A DNA stretch of 64,000 bases. It comes from the human T2T-CHM13v2.0 reference genome, Homo sapiens. Shown piece after piece: positions 16,375 to 31,049 of the stretch. The position numbers and the translations under genes were made by a program. Each line of letters begins with the position of its first letter. The first letter of the stretch is position 1. The stretch lies in the NCBI RefSeq assembly GCF_009914755.1, contig NC_060937.1. One strand, written 5' to 3'. A model generated the notes under the pieces. It did not search any database, was not told the origin of the DNA, and was given only the letters and a program-made list of their open reading frames with translations.

Positions 16375-18042
16375 TAGACCTCCCTTTGATTGGTCGTGTA
16401 TATAAAGCACTTAGGAGAGTGCCTGGTACCTACTAAGTGCTGGTAGATGGTGGTCATTATAATAATGATTTTGCAGCAAGTATGCATTAGGACTCTTGGG
16501 CATACATAAGTGGTAGAATGAGTTTATCCAAAAGGCGGAATGTAATGGAGGAGAAATACACATACATCTAGTGTATATGTTGATTACTAAACCCAGCAAT
16601 AGCGTTTATGTGACCATAATCTGGACAGGGGACCAGCTAGAATCAGGGTCTCCAATGTCACCAGGACTTTGCACTTCTGTGGATTATTTGGCATCTTATT
16701 TATAAAATTTTGTTGCCTGATTGGGTAAAACTAGGTACTTTCCAAATCTTGAGAAAGATCAAAGAGTTTTATCCTTTTCTCTGCAAGTAACTACCTATTC
16801 CTTCAGCAAAAGGAGAGAGGAGAAAATGAATATTACTGTCATCACTAAAATGGCTACAGTAACAAGAAGTTTAATGATTGAGAAGAAGTTAAAGTAAAAC
16901 AGTCTCATGAAGTGCCTCTTTCCTCAGCATCACACAACAAAAGTTTCTTTACTTAGATATTTGATTCTTATTTACTATTTGCCTTGTTTTGCTCTCTGTG
17001 GCCAATTTGTCACTAGATTCTGAAGCTCTCAGTCATGTCTCTTTTGCTATTCTCATGGGTCCTGAAAATGGAACCCAGTGTTTTTTTCCCTTTGTTTCTT
17101 TGACCACACCGGGTTTTGTTTTGGATTATTTAACTGGGATATGTGGTAGAACGTTTCCACTGGAAAGATGAGAAAAGATAAACTACACCAAGACTTCTCT
17201 GTTTTCAATTTTGCTGTGACTTATTTCATCTTTGCTCAATATCATTTCTTGCTCTTGGTGAGAAGTGGAGCTCATAATAAATATAGTCTTGTGGGAAAAT
17301 GATATAACATTATGAAGCCCAAACCAGGGGACACAGTCATCGTGCAAGTCACTGTATGAAAAGCATTCTTAGCTTTGGTTTTCATTCCCTTTAGGCAGTT
17401 TCTGGAGGAGATAGGCTATTCTATTCTAAAATTATGTGCCTAATACTGTCATTTTATTTCTTGAGAAGATTTTTGTGTATATTTGTATAATATGTAAAAA
17501 TACAATATAATAAACACAAACATAATGTATAAATGTAATATGCATGAATGCAGACATGAATGCAAGTTTAGTAACTCACACTTTAATAGGAAGACCTAGG
17601 ACCCTAAAGAAATGATAGCTTTTGTCAACATCATTGTTCCCCCAGCTGCTTTGGGGCTTTGTCATATTTTTATACAAAGCCCTATTGTGCCTACTGCCCT
17701 TCTGACCGTTCAAGGTTCATTGTTACCCTGACAGGAGCTGTGGAGGGGATGGGGCGCATTCATTCCTTTCTTTGTTTGGACCAGACTCTGTCCAATTGTG
17801 AGTGGAGACTGAATGGCTTAGGTGCAATTAGTTGGCTTCTGTGTTTGCAGACCAAGAAAACGCTAAGCTTTTAGCTCTGATGGTACCCAAAGAAAATCCT
17901 GTTGTTGGTACCAGTTTCTAGTAGCCTCACTTCCTTCTGGGGTTGAGTTATCTTAATTCATGTGGGATATAATAAGATGTCTTTGCATAGATTTTGATAG
18001 TGCTTGGAGCTGCAGCACTTAGACACCACCGGCTGTCGATGG

Positions 18043-18615
18043 TGTCAAATAAAAAAACAAATCCATATTTCAAAAGGATTACTGCAAAGTGGGAAGAAGA
18101 AAGGATAATTGCAATCAGGAGAAAGCTATGACCATAAGGTTGGCAGGCAGCTCAAGAGAGAGGCAGAATGGGATTTCTTTTACAGAGAGGAATAAACAAG
18201 GCTGGAAGGAACTGGGTATGGGAAGTGGTAGGCTAGTGGATGAGAGAACGTCCTACTCTGAGGTCAGCCTGTTCTTAGGGGTGGCTCTGTGCTGCTCAGG
18301 CTGAGGGTGGGTCAAAGTTCCTGTGGAAGGCGAGCAGCTTGACCCAAGCTTGGTTAAAAAGCATTTTGTTCCGCTTGATTCATGAGGACAAGCAGTTCAG
18401 CTGATCTTTTGTGAGGCCAAGAATGGGACCTGGTGTGTCTGTGTCATCTCATCCTAGGTAAAACAAAGGGAACACTCATGAGTCTTCTTTAAGTCCTGTG
18501 GGGATAGGGAGTTCTTTGCAGGCAGCTGTTTTCTGGAACACAAGAAAGTAAGGGGATTTCTTAACCGTCCCTGTTTTGCAGGATCAGTGGGCTCAGGTAA
18601 AATTCAGCGTTGTCA
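18043..18615 (-). mobile_element. ERV1-class solo LTR, family uncertain
   Basis: TGTCA...TGTCA termini; perfect 4-bp TSD ATGG. Confidence 0.7.
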
Positions 18616-18633
18616 ATGGTTATGCTTAGAAGT

Positions 18634-19208
18634 TGTCAAACTAAATAACAGAGCGTGATTCTCCAAAAGAAAAGATGTTTATTTGGGAAGAGAGCATTGC
18701 AACGGGAATATGAATGCCGTAATATACTATGTATGTATTCAGGGAGGTAGAAGAAGAAAAAGGCTTTGAAAGGAAAAAATGAAGAGGATTACATCATTGT
18801 TTTGAAATAATTATTCTTGGCTACAAGGATCAACAGGGGTGATGCCAGTGTGGGGTTAGACGGGCAGCTACTGGGCAGATGTCTTTCCAGTAGTGTTTTT
18901 GTGAGTATGGTTGTGATGGTCTTTGTGCAAGGTTGTGGCTTTTGTAGTCTTTCTTTTTTTTAAATTTCAACTTTAAAATTTTAGATTCAGGGGGTAAACA
19001 CACCGGTGTGTTTCATGGGTATATTGTGTGATGCTGAGGTTTGGAGTGTGACTGATCCTGTCATCCAGGTAGTAAGCATAATACCCAGGTCTTTTTCATT
19101 ATCAGGACTGCTAGCAGGAGAACCCTTTCTTCATGGCCTTGCCTGGCTCTATTTGTCAGGATTTATTTTAGCATTAGTGGCTCCATTTTGATTCAGACAC
19201 CTTTCACA
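18634..19208 (-). mobile_element. MER65-like ERV1 solo LTR, split by an L1 fragment
   Basis: Reverse complement begins TGTGAAAGGTGTCTGAATCAAAATGGAG; perfect TSD AAGT. Confidence 0.8.
18950..19088 (-). mobile_element. Short 3' end of an older primate L1 (L1PA13-16/L1PB-like)
   Basis: T-tail then TTTTAGATTCAGGGGGTA...GGTATATTGTGTGATGCTGAGGTTTGG; GTCTTT on both flanks. Confidence 0.8.
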
Positions 19209-20249
19209 AAGTGAACAGGTGTCTTTATACATGGCAGGGTGCCAAGTCATGCTCCAGCTTCCCTGGGAGAAGGTGGGTTCCCATCAGCAGTGGCAGACTG
19301 ATGACACATAGCACAGAGACACCGAGAGAGAATCTCTTTCCAAAGGAGGAACCAGTTTATTTAGGGAGAAAAATTGCTTTGGAAAGAGAAAAACTCTCTC
19401 GCCTGAAACCCAAGAAAGGAACATACCAAAACCTTCTGTTGTTTGCTAAATAAGAGCAAAGTTGTGTGTAATAAGGCAATTTTAACAGGGAATTATCAGC
19501 AGGACATAAATGGACGGTGGGTGGGGTTTCTAATGGGTATCATGGAAGACAGATTTTCTTTGCATTAAAATTTGGTCTTGTTTTGTATTGTTTAATTATG
19601 ATCATTTCAGATCCACATTCACTTGAGTTCTTGTAAATAAATCCAGGCTCTTTTGTGTATACTCTAACAGTGGTGGTTCGTTGCTCTATCCTGCCCTGCC
19701 GTGGCTTTGTTATATCACAAAATCCAGCAAGAATTTATCTTGCTGCTAATAAAATCAGAAGATGGCCCAGAAGAAGAAGACAAGGATTTTGTCTTCTTTG
19801 AGGTTGCCCCATCTCTAACCAGTGACAGAAATGGCAGACCCAATTTAGGTCACCTTCTACCATGTCTCTTAGGATTTGTGCCTGCAGCATCATAAACAAA
19901 AGTGGCACATGGAAATGACAAAGACAGCCTGACACAGTCCTTTTGATATACGTGTATTGTTTGTGCTCTATGTTCATGCAATTACGTAAGATATTTATTT
20001 CATAAGGAGGACTTTTGAGACTCTAGTGTAGATGTTGATTACTAAGCCTTGACTATCTGTACTTGAAAATAAACTTAATATAAATTTTAATCTATCTTTT
20101 ATGTTTACATGCATCATAGAGTGATTTTTACATGCAAGATTTTGGTAAAATTGGATGGGATCTTTATTCTGGAGTCTCTGTGTGGCTATAAAAGACATTT
20201 TCTCTTTTCCTTTTTTTTTTTTTTTGCCTGGTATGTTGAATCTTTCATA

Positions 20250-21480
20250 TCCCTTAGCTTCAGTATACATGAATTGATGATTGAATAAATTAAGGATAAG
20301 CACACTGTTCTGTTCTTCTAAAACCTTTATTTATTGCTGTGATTTATCTGACAATTTACATAAAGTGCTAGTTAGTACAGCTGAAATTATTAATTCTTCA
20401 GAGAATGAGATGTTCAACTGTTTCCACAGCTCCAGGCAAATTTTCCACATTGATATGCAGGAATTACACAGACCACAACTCGTTTTTTGAATTAAAATGC
20501 ATCATTGATGCTAATTTTAAGGAAGTCTGTATATTGTACTCCTATTTAACCAAACATCACATTTCCTCATTAAAATATCAGCATCCATAATGAAGCACTT
20601 TGCATTATAATTTAAAATGTCCCACTATGTTGAATGCACATTTGAACATTTAAATGTAATTCTGCTAATGTACTGATTAATTTATGTTATTCTCTTCCAC
20701 TCACGTGGCAGATTTTAATTGCAATTAGTTAGCTGCTGTCGGGTCTCGGCATGCTGAAGGCTGGGGGAAGTCCTGATCGGGGTAGAACAATTACCAGGAC
20801 TTTTGAGCAGGGCTGGTATTAGAGGGAGCGAGCGAGAGCACCCATCAAAGTTGTGAATCTTAATTCTCCTGGTAATAGCTATGCTTGGGGGGCCAGCATT
20901 TGCTCTGAGGAAAAAGCCAAATAAATGGGAATTATCCGAGCACTATAATACAATTAAGCTGTCACAACAACTTTGGGGACTGATCTTTTGTACTCTTTCC
21001 ACGTTCATCCCGGCGGCTTGGGGGCTGATGTAGCCGGGAACGTGCTCTCTCCGGCATCCTGGGCTTTTGATGTGTGTGATGTACAGCTGTAACAAGGCAT
21101 GGGGTACAACACCCGCCTTTCACTCAATGTTGTTGAGCTACAGATTCATGTAATTAATTTTAAAAAGCCATTACTTTGATCTTCATAAATATGCCCAGGA
21201 TTCAAATGGAAAACCTCAAGGGGAATTTTCTCAGGAGGATGATATGGCCAAAATGCAATTTCATTAGGGTCTACTACTTGTCCCTAAATGAGGCTGCCCC
21301 CACCGGCCCCAGCTTTTATTTCAGTGGCTGCTATTACCAGCTGCACTGCTATATTATGCAGAAAATCTGCTTGCTTACTCTGCAAACAAACTGCCTTGGT
21401 TCAATGAGCTATTCGTAATGTTATGCTAAGCTTTGTGATATATTGCTATAATTTGGTGTAAAGCACTTTTAGTTCTTACA
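20250..21480. promoter_or_regulatory. Candidate conserved non-coding element / developmental enhancer
   Basis: Repeat-free; dense TAAT/ATTA; E-box CACGTG 20702; TCF/LEF ATCAAAG 20844 and CTTTGAT 21174; TALE CTGTCA ~20960; ~14 CpGs in 20701-21120. Function is inferred. Confidence 0.5.
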
Positions 21481-22209
21481 CTGGTTTTATTATGTTAAGT
21501 ATAGGGCACTGGTGTTTAGAAATGAGATGAAAACATAATCCTTGAGGTATTCACTATTAGTGAGGCACAGAGGAGGGGGCTCTGGGCCCCTTGAACTTGG
21601 GTTCTAGTCCTACTTCTATCACTTCATGGTCTCTGTGAACCGCTGTGCTCTTAGCTCTCAGATGAGGATAGAATGAACAATTCCTAGCTCAGGTTTATTT
21701 TGTGGGTCACATTACAAACATGGGGAAAAGAGGTCTGTAAAATTAGAGCAGAATGTGCACCTAAGGCTTGATGTTATAGTAGCACCTTACTTTTGTTTTT
21801 TATTGGCATGACTTAAAATTCTGACAAAAATACTGTTGAGAGAGATGGAGCTCCAAACTGCCAGCCTCCTTCTTAAGTAAGTAATTTCTAAAAATCCTGG
21901 TAAGTAGTAGAATTGAGCAGTGACAGTATTAACTGTGGTTAAATTGTAGAATTTTTGGAAGAGATTATGAAAGCTGACTCTACCCTCATTCAATAAAATG
22001 CATCAACATTGCAGATGATCCCCAAATTTCAGTGGCTTAACACAGCAGAAGTATACTTCTAGCTCATGCTGCATGTTCCAGGGTCCACAGGGACCCAGGT
22101 GAATGGAGACCTAATTTTTTTTTTTTAAATTGTAGTAACACATGTGTGTTTCTGAGGCCTCCAAGATGGGGGAAAAAAGGGATTCCAGGGGGCTGGGAGA
22201 TGTCCCCAA

Positions 22210-22782
22210 ACACCAGTGGGGCCTCAACCCCAGTCGGTGTCCAGGCTCTTGACAGCATCTTGAGAAGGAATTCAAGGATGAATTGTAAAGTAGTGAAAGT
22301 ATGGAGATTTATTGCAATGTGAAAGGTATACACTCAAGAAAGGGGAGTGCAGGAGTATTCAAGAGAAAGCCATGCTCAAGGGGGTTTGGGGCTGCTGCCT
22401 TTATGTGTTTGTTTAAACAAAGGAATATTCAGGACAATTCCTGGAAAAAGGTGGAGACTTCTTGGAACTGTGGTGCCACCCATTTTTACACCAAATACTG
22501 GTTTTCCCGGAATGGTCACAGCACTGGCTGTGTTTAATATATTAATATATTTAGCATATTAATGAGTGTATCACAAACTCCTAGGAGAAACCTAGGTCAA
22601 ATCCAGTGCCATGTTGGGTCTAGTTGGTCTTAGTCTTAGCTTGGCCCACACCCTGGTTGTGCAGAGTCTTACAGCCTCAAGCTTCTGCAGCTACTTCAAC
22701 AGTTTTCCTTTTGCTAATCAGGTTAAACTGCTGCTGGCAATTTTCTATTCTCCTGCAACCACCCTGAATGACCCCTGTCTCA
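22210..22782 (-). mobile_element. MER66-like ERV1 LTR
   Basis: Reverse complement begins TGAGACAGGGGTCATTCAGGGTGGTTGCAGGAGAATAGAAAATTGCCAGCAGCAGTTT. Confidence 0.7.
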
Positions 22783-23233
22783 GGGGGACACAGGCACAGG
22801 CCCTTACATGCTTACTCCTGGAAAGGATGCAAGAAACCTATGCTCACTTCTCATAGCCCAAGGGACATGCAAGGTATGTAACATGTTGGCAGACCCATCA
22901 TCCTCTCATGTGCCACCTGCTCTGAGTTGCTGACAGAGCCTGAGGTTAGTTGCTGGAATCCCAGTCTCCTGTATTTGGATGGTGGGGTGACAGAGGAGGG
23001 GTCTTGAGGGGACAGCCTCTTCCCTTAGAGGCATTTCCTAGTGGTCTGATGCATTGGCCGAATTTCCTAGGAAGTCCCACAGACAGAATCAAGTGATGCT
23101 CCTAGAGCTTTGCAGATATCATCCATAGTCCCTGCCCTGAGATGGCTTATAGTGTATCCTAGTAGACTTCTGAAGAAGCCTGACTCTGACGTGCAGGACA
23201 ACTAACAGCATAGCATCCTTAGCTCCTCCAGAC

Positions 23234-24195
<962 letters not shown>

Positions 24196-26210
24196 GCAGA
24201 CAGACAGTAGTGAGGACACCTGCTCTGTGCCAGAGGCTGCACCCCACTCTCTGCATGCATCCCCTCACTTAGCTTGCACAGCAGCCCTGTTAGTGAGGCC
24301 TTGTGGTGTCCTTGTTGAGTAGAGGAGGAAATCGAGGCTGAGAAAATGACCACTAAGAAGCTAAGGCAGGCTTTGAATCCGCCTTTCATGGTGGAAAGAA
24401 CACAGTTTTGGAGCAGGACAGGCGGTGTGGTGAATTCAGCTCCACATCCTGATTAGCTGTGTAATGCCTGGCACTTCTGTGGTTCAATCTCCTTGTACAC
24501 ATACCACGTCCGTCATATGGCATGGGGCATGTGGCCCTCATGAAGAGAGCTGTGCTGTTGGAACAAAGGTGAGACACATTCTCAGTGAAAAAAACCAAAT
24601 GGAAAAAAAAAAAAACATCCCAAATTCCCCTAGCACCTTGGATGTCATGGTGGAAGGAACATAGGATTTGGAACAAGACTAATTTGGGTTTGAATCCTGA
24701 CTCTTACTATGTAGCAGGCTCACTTTGCCAGACTGATACGTTTTCATTTGCTAATATATGTGTATATGTTTAAAGGTTTCATTTCTTCTGTTCATTCATT
24801 AAACACGTATTCAGCTGCAAGCTGGGACCTGTCAGATGAGAAGACAGGGCATGGTTTTTGTCTTCATTGTGTAGAAGAGTGGAATCCTTTATTTCCTGCC
24901 AAGTCTCTGCTCCCTTACTTTTAAAGCTTGCCTCTCTGAACTAGAAAAGGCTGCATCCCAGTTAACTTAATTTTTTTCTCTGCTACACTCCTCAGGAAGT
25001 TTCCCTGCTGCTTCTCACGCATACTCCCTTTATTCTCATTTGCAAGATCATTACTCTCCCCCTGCTCCTGGCATCTGGCCTATTTTACTATACCCTGGCC
25101 AGTCTACCTCCTAAATGTCTCTCCTCCCCTCCTTTCCATCCTCACTGTCTTAGGTCATTGTCATTTCCTAACTAGGCATGGATCCTCTTAACAGAGTTTC
25201 CTGCTTCCAGTCTCCTCCCCTGTGGTCCCTGGCCCACACTATATTTGAGGACCCCTGGGCTCTCTTAATAACATGACATCCCAGTCTACCTAAAAGATGG
25301 TGGAGAAGATGCTTTGGGGCTGGGAGGGTCAGCTGGACCACATGTTCCCTGCTCCCGTCCTTGAGATCGAACCTGTCTTTGGGGATGCCATTACTCATGG
25401 CTGCTACCTCTGCCGACGTTTATAGCTCTATTTTCCTATGGCACTTCAGGACATAGACCCTTTTCTTTAATTTCCTTCCTCACAGCTGACACCAGATCTG
25501 GCACGTAAGCACTTAAAAAAGCCTCTTTCTCTCCGTGGAAAAACAGCGAATGACAATACAAGGAGCTGTTTTGTACTTGTTACCAGAGATGCTCAGAGAT
25601 GCTGGGGGAAGTGGGGGGTCTTGCTACCTGTTTATGCTCCCTGCTCAGCTTCTTCTCTGCTGTACCATGGCAGAGACCATGTGTCCTCTTCATGCAGGGA
25701 GCTCCTTTAGGCATTTGTAGAGATCTCCCTGCCCTTTGGTATCACAAAAAACCTCTAAGCCCTCTATTTCTGTCCTAGAATCTCCAATTTTCCCAAGGGG
25801 GCTGATAGTCGTACTCTATTTTCTTCAGGGGCATCCACACTCCTTACCTAGAAGGGTGTGGCCTAGCCCTGTGGTCTCCATGCACATCCAAAAGCCACAC
25901 TTGAAAATGATAGTCCAGCCTCTTTATGACAGCAACGTGAACAGTAGTTGGGGTGTAGTTTCCTCACCTGTCACTAAAATGCAAATCTAACCAAGTAATT
26001 AGTGTTTATGATCCATCAATACCTCTCCATTGCCTTCTGAAAAAAGTCTGAGCTCCTGGCTCAGGCCTTTCCTATCTTTCTAAGAGGCTTCTGACACTGC
26101 CTGTTCTCTAGCTGTATTGAAATGCCTGAGGCATTCCGCTCTCTTGTGCCTGTGTGCCTTGCTTCTGCTGTTCTGTCTGCCCAGAATTATTCCCACCTGG
26201 CAAATTCTAA

Positions 26211-26636
<426 letters not shown>

Positions 26637-26824
26637 CAAACTTCTATTTAATCTTCAACACAGCACAGGCATCCCCTCCCTTTTCTGTGAATCTGTCCCT
26701 GAAATTCCACCCCCGACCTGCCCCCAACTCTTCATAGCGATAAGGATGTGATGGTGAATTCACCACACCACGTGTCCTGCTCCAAAACTGTGTTCTCTCT
26801 GCTCTTAATACATATACACATATC

Positions 26825-27394
26825 TAGGGGTGGGTGGTAGGGCGGGCAGAAAAGTGTTTCCTCTACTCAGACTCAGTAACTGGGGACTGTGAATTAACTG
26901 ACAAAAGACACGTTAACGGGAGAAAAGGTATGTTTCTTTATGATGTTAATATTTTTTGTGCACAGGAGCTTCACAAGACAGAGAAAACCCCAAGAAGTAG
27001 TTAGATTGGAAGCTTATATACCATTTTAACAAAGGGTAATACATTGTGGAGAAGTGACTAGACAAAGAAAAGGGAGGTTTAGGCTTCTGGGGTGGTGGTA
27101 AATTGTGGGAAGGTGAATGTGTGTGTGGAAACTCATGGAAGATAAGGGTTATTTTAGCAAGGTTTCTCTCTGCAGACTCATCTTGGTGACCTTTCATCTT
27201 CTTCATGGCTATAAAACTGCTGGAGAGAAGATTTATGGCAGTCTTCATTTCTCAGAAGTTTCTGCTTTTAGTCAGATAAGAAAATCTCTGAAAAGTCTTC
27301 TTTCTGTATCTGTTGATTCTCAGTTGCCTTCAGCTCATAATAATACATATGCCAAAGTGGCATATCTTGGGGTTGTATATTCTGATCCACTTCA
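26825..27394 (-). mobile_element. MER34-family ERV1 LTR
   Basis: Reverse complement begins TGAAGTGGATCAGAATATACAACCCCAAGATATGCCACTTTGGCATA. Confidence 0.8.
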
Positions 27395-27504
27395 GCTCTT
27401 TATTATGGCCTATGTCACATTGTTTTGATAGTCTGCTTATCTGTTTCCTCCTGTGTCTGTGAGCTTATCCAGGACAGAGATATGAATTATTTGTCTTTGC
27501 ATCC

Positions 27505-27635
27505 ATATACTGATGCTTGGGTTCCACACCCACAGATTCCGATATAATTGATCTTGGATGCTGCCTGGACACTGGGATATTTAAAAGCTCCTCAAGTGAT
27601 TCTAATCTGCAGGCAGGGATGAGAACAAACTGCCT
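27505..27635. mobile_element. MER5A-like hAT fragment
   Basis: CAGATTCCGAT...TTTAAAAGCTCCTCAAGTGATTCTAATCTGCAG. Confidence 0.6.
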
Positions 27636-28229
27636 ATGACCAACGTTTTAGATCCTAGCATTCTCCCAGCATTCTCCAAAGCTCTTGGGGAACTTCCTCT
27701 CAAAGCATGTCAGTGATGGAGGGGAGAATACTGAAACTAACCTCTGGCTTGAGCAGTAAGCTAGCAGGAGGAAAGGGTTATCTTGGGAGCAGATGCCAAC
27801 AACAGCATCTTGATCTGGAAGTTGGTACTAAACTGAGATGTGGCACCAACTCATGGAGATGAGATAGTGTTTATTGGGAAAAATCCACTGAGTTAGGGTG
27901 GTACAGAGGCAGACATCAGAGTCCACAGGAGGACCCTAACCTTGGGCTGTGGGGCTTTTAGATCGCATTGGTTGGGAAGAGATACAACAGCAATATGATA
28001 TGGCAGAACTTTGGCTCCAGCGCTGGTCTGCCAACTCAGTGTTCATGGATGAGGAAGTGCAGCGTATCCCCAGGCATGGCCAGAGGGCTGTAGGCCAACC
28101 TTTGAGGTTGAATAGGATTGATTGTCTTAAGCACTGAGCTGTGGCTGGTTTCCATGGAGCTTTGCAAGAGGCCAAGTTCTTTTCTGGGAGGCCAAACTTC
28201 AGGGTGTCTATCTTAGAAAGTTAACCCTT

Positions 28230-30225
28230 ACCCCACTCACAGAGGATGAACTCACAGACATGAGCCAGCAACAGGAGACAGGATGATCCAAAACAATTCA
28301 GAAAAGAACAAAAGAGAACTTCTGAAAATAAAAACTATAATTGTTGAAAAAAATCCTTAGTGGGATAATGAGACAGTGAATTAGACACATCTAAAAAGAG
28401 AATTACAAGAAGATATATTTGAAGAAACTATCTAGAGCAGATGCAGAGAAGAGAGATGGAGAATGTAAAATAAAATTTAGGAGGGAGCACAGAATGAAAA
28501 GGTATACCAAAAATCTAAGAGTTTCTAGAAAGAGAGAATAGGGTGAATCAAGCCAGACAACATTTGAAGAGATCACTGCTGGGAAATTGCAAGACTGTTG
28601 AAAAAGATGAATATATTGATCCCATACCAAGACAAGGCATAGTGAAATTTTACAGTACTGAAGCCAAAGAGAAGACTTTTAAGTTGTCAGAGAAAATGAT
28701 TACCTATGAAGAATGTCAGTTAGTGAGTGGACTTCTCAATAGTCACATGGAAGACAGAAAATAGTGGAATAATATATTCATGAGAGAAAAGAAATGTTAT
28801 CTTAGAATTCTATATCTAGAAAAATTATCTTTTAAAACTGAGAGAGAAATAGAGACCTTTTGTTCTTAGATAAAGGTGTGCAGGATTTACCTCTTCCAAA
28901 TAGCATAAAACAACCCTTTGAAGGGTGTATTTCAGAAAGAAAAAAAAATGATCACAGAAGGAAAGTCTCAGAGGCAAAAAGGAATGCAGAGCCAATAAAA
29001 TAGCAAATACATACATTGAAGCAAAGAGTTTGTAAATTAGAGAATAATGATTCATTTTCGTCTTTTAAAAAAGTCCCAGAATGGAAGCACTTGTCAAGTG
29101 TGTTTGTCAGTTGTATCAGGGAAAGAATAGTGGTTATATAAAAATTTCTCTGAAGTCCTTGTCTCCTTGGAAAAGAGGTTAAGATATAATCTATTACTAA
29201 ACTTTAAGTTAAAGATGCATAGCACAATTTCAAAGGCAGTAAAATATCAGATTTAGGGTGCTTTAATTTCCAAGCCAGTAAAGGGAATAAATGGAAAATA
29301 TGATAAAACAAATAAAAATTTTCAGTCCATCCCAAAAGACCAAGAAAAAAGAAAAAAGAGGCATTAAAATTTAAGAAGGGGAAATAAAAGGGGCATAGAA
29401 AAGGAGAGACAAATACAAATTTAAGAATAAGATAATAGAAACAAATTTCAGTATATTATTTATCTCAAAAATAGTAAATAAGCTGAATTTACATACCTTA
29501 AAAGAGATTGTCAGAAAAACAGATTTTGGGGAAAAACACAAAGAGATCTAGTGAAATGACATTTCTAAGAAATATTTCTTATAAGAACAGAAATGTTGAA
29601 AGAGGATGGAAAAATATATACCTGTCAAATACAATTAAAAAGAAAGTTGTGACAGTCATATTACTATCAAACAAAAGTAGACATTAAGGCAAGAAGCATT
29701 ATTGAGGAATGAGAGGATCGCTTTTTAATAATAAAGATTCAATTTACTGGGAAGATTTAATATTTCAAATGTGTATGCACCTAATAAAATATCTTCAAAA
29801 TATATAAAGCAAAAATTGTTAGATCTAAATTGAAGAACTATCTGACAAACCCACCACCAGTGTGGGAGATTCCAACACATCTCTGTCAGTTATTGATATG
29901 TCAAACAGACTGAAAAATGGTAAAGAAAATTTGCATAACACAATTACCATGCTTGATTTATTGAACATATGTAAAATTCTGCCCCAATATGCATTCTTCA
30001 CAGGCACACATGGAATGTTTACTGAAATTGACCATATAGTAGGCCATAGGCAGCTATCAATTACTTTCAAAGAACTGGTAATATTCAGACCACATTCTCT
30101 TGCCACAATGCAATTAGGTTAGAAATCAATAGCAAGAAGATTAAATTGAAAAATTCCCTATATATTTAGAAATTAAACCACATGTCTAAATAGCCCAATG
30201 GATCAAAGATGAAATCATAATGCAA
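28230..30225 (+). mobile_element. Ancient L1 (L1M-type) ORF1 and ORF2 endonuclease remnant
   Basis: Strongly A-rich; ORF 29862-30122 (GDSNTSLSVID...FTEIDHIVG) resembles L1 endonuclease motifs GDFNTPLS and SKIDHIVG; many stops. Confidence 0.85.
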
Positions 30226-31049
30226 ATGAAAAAGATGATCCATAGTTGGAAATCATCCAATCCAGTGTTGTATGCCCTTGACCCAGAGGGCCAGGTGGGA
30301 GGGGCCATGGTGAGGGCCTGACAAGGGCTCTGGGAAGATTCTTAGAAAGATTGATCCTCAAGCAATTAAGGCAAAAGCATCCAAATCCCTGACCTGTGGA
30401 GATTTCATTTTTCTTTATTGATCTGTCAAATGGTCTAAATTCTCTCACTCAGGTTGCTTCTTCTATAATTAAGGATAAAAATATTCCTGTGTTGCATTGC
30501 AGAGTGTCAGGAAAATAGTCACTTGAGCAGACCTTGCAAATGTTGGCTGGACGCCCTCACCTGCCTTTAGGGATGCCTCCGGGGGTATATAATTCCTAAG
30601 TAGACACCCATGGTTTCGTATATGGCTACTAACATGTAGGCAGGGCCTCTGGATACCCCAGGGGAAGACCTTTGATGCCTGAAGGCAGCTGGCTGCAGTT
30701 TAATCGCCAGGTAGTTCATCTCAGCCATACACTGAACTGTGGGCTTACACCCGGGATGCCTTTGAATTGGAGAGCTACAGGAAGTGACTGTGCCCTGGGC
30801 TTCTCTTATTCCCTTTCCAAGCTTCCATTCATCCACTTTCAACCCACATTCATATTCCTGCCTTAACGGCAAGTTGCAAGGAATGAGAGGCATATCTGTG
30901 CCAAGCACTGTGCAAACCTGCAAGTCCAGTGTGCACCTGTCATTTTTCACCCTCACTTTTTAGCATATCAACCTGGAGAAACTCGATGCGGCTTTCTGCA
31001 TTCTAAGGCCCATAGTGCCAAGGTAGGACCCATCACTCCAAATTATTTT

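Noticed and set aside
20701-21120. CpG island promoter
   Set aside because: Only ~14 CpGs in 420 bp with moderate GC, too weak for a promoter island; kept as a candidate enhancer
29862-30122. Endonuclease-like ORF as a domesticated gene
   Set aside because: Short decayed L1 endonuclease fragment among stops and frameshifts; the catalytic GDFN and SDH motifs are degenerate
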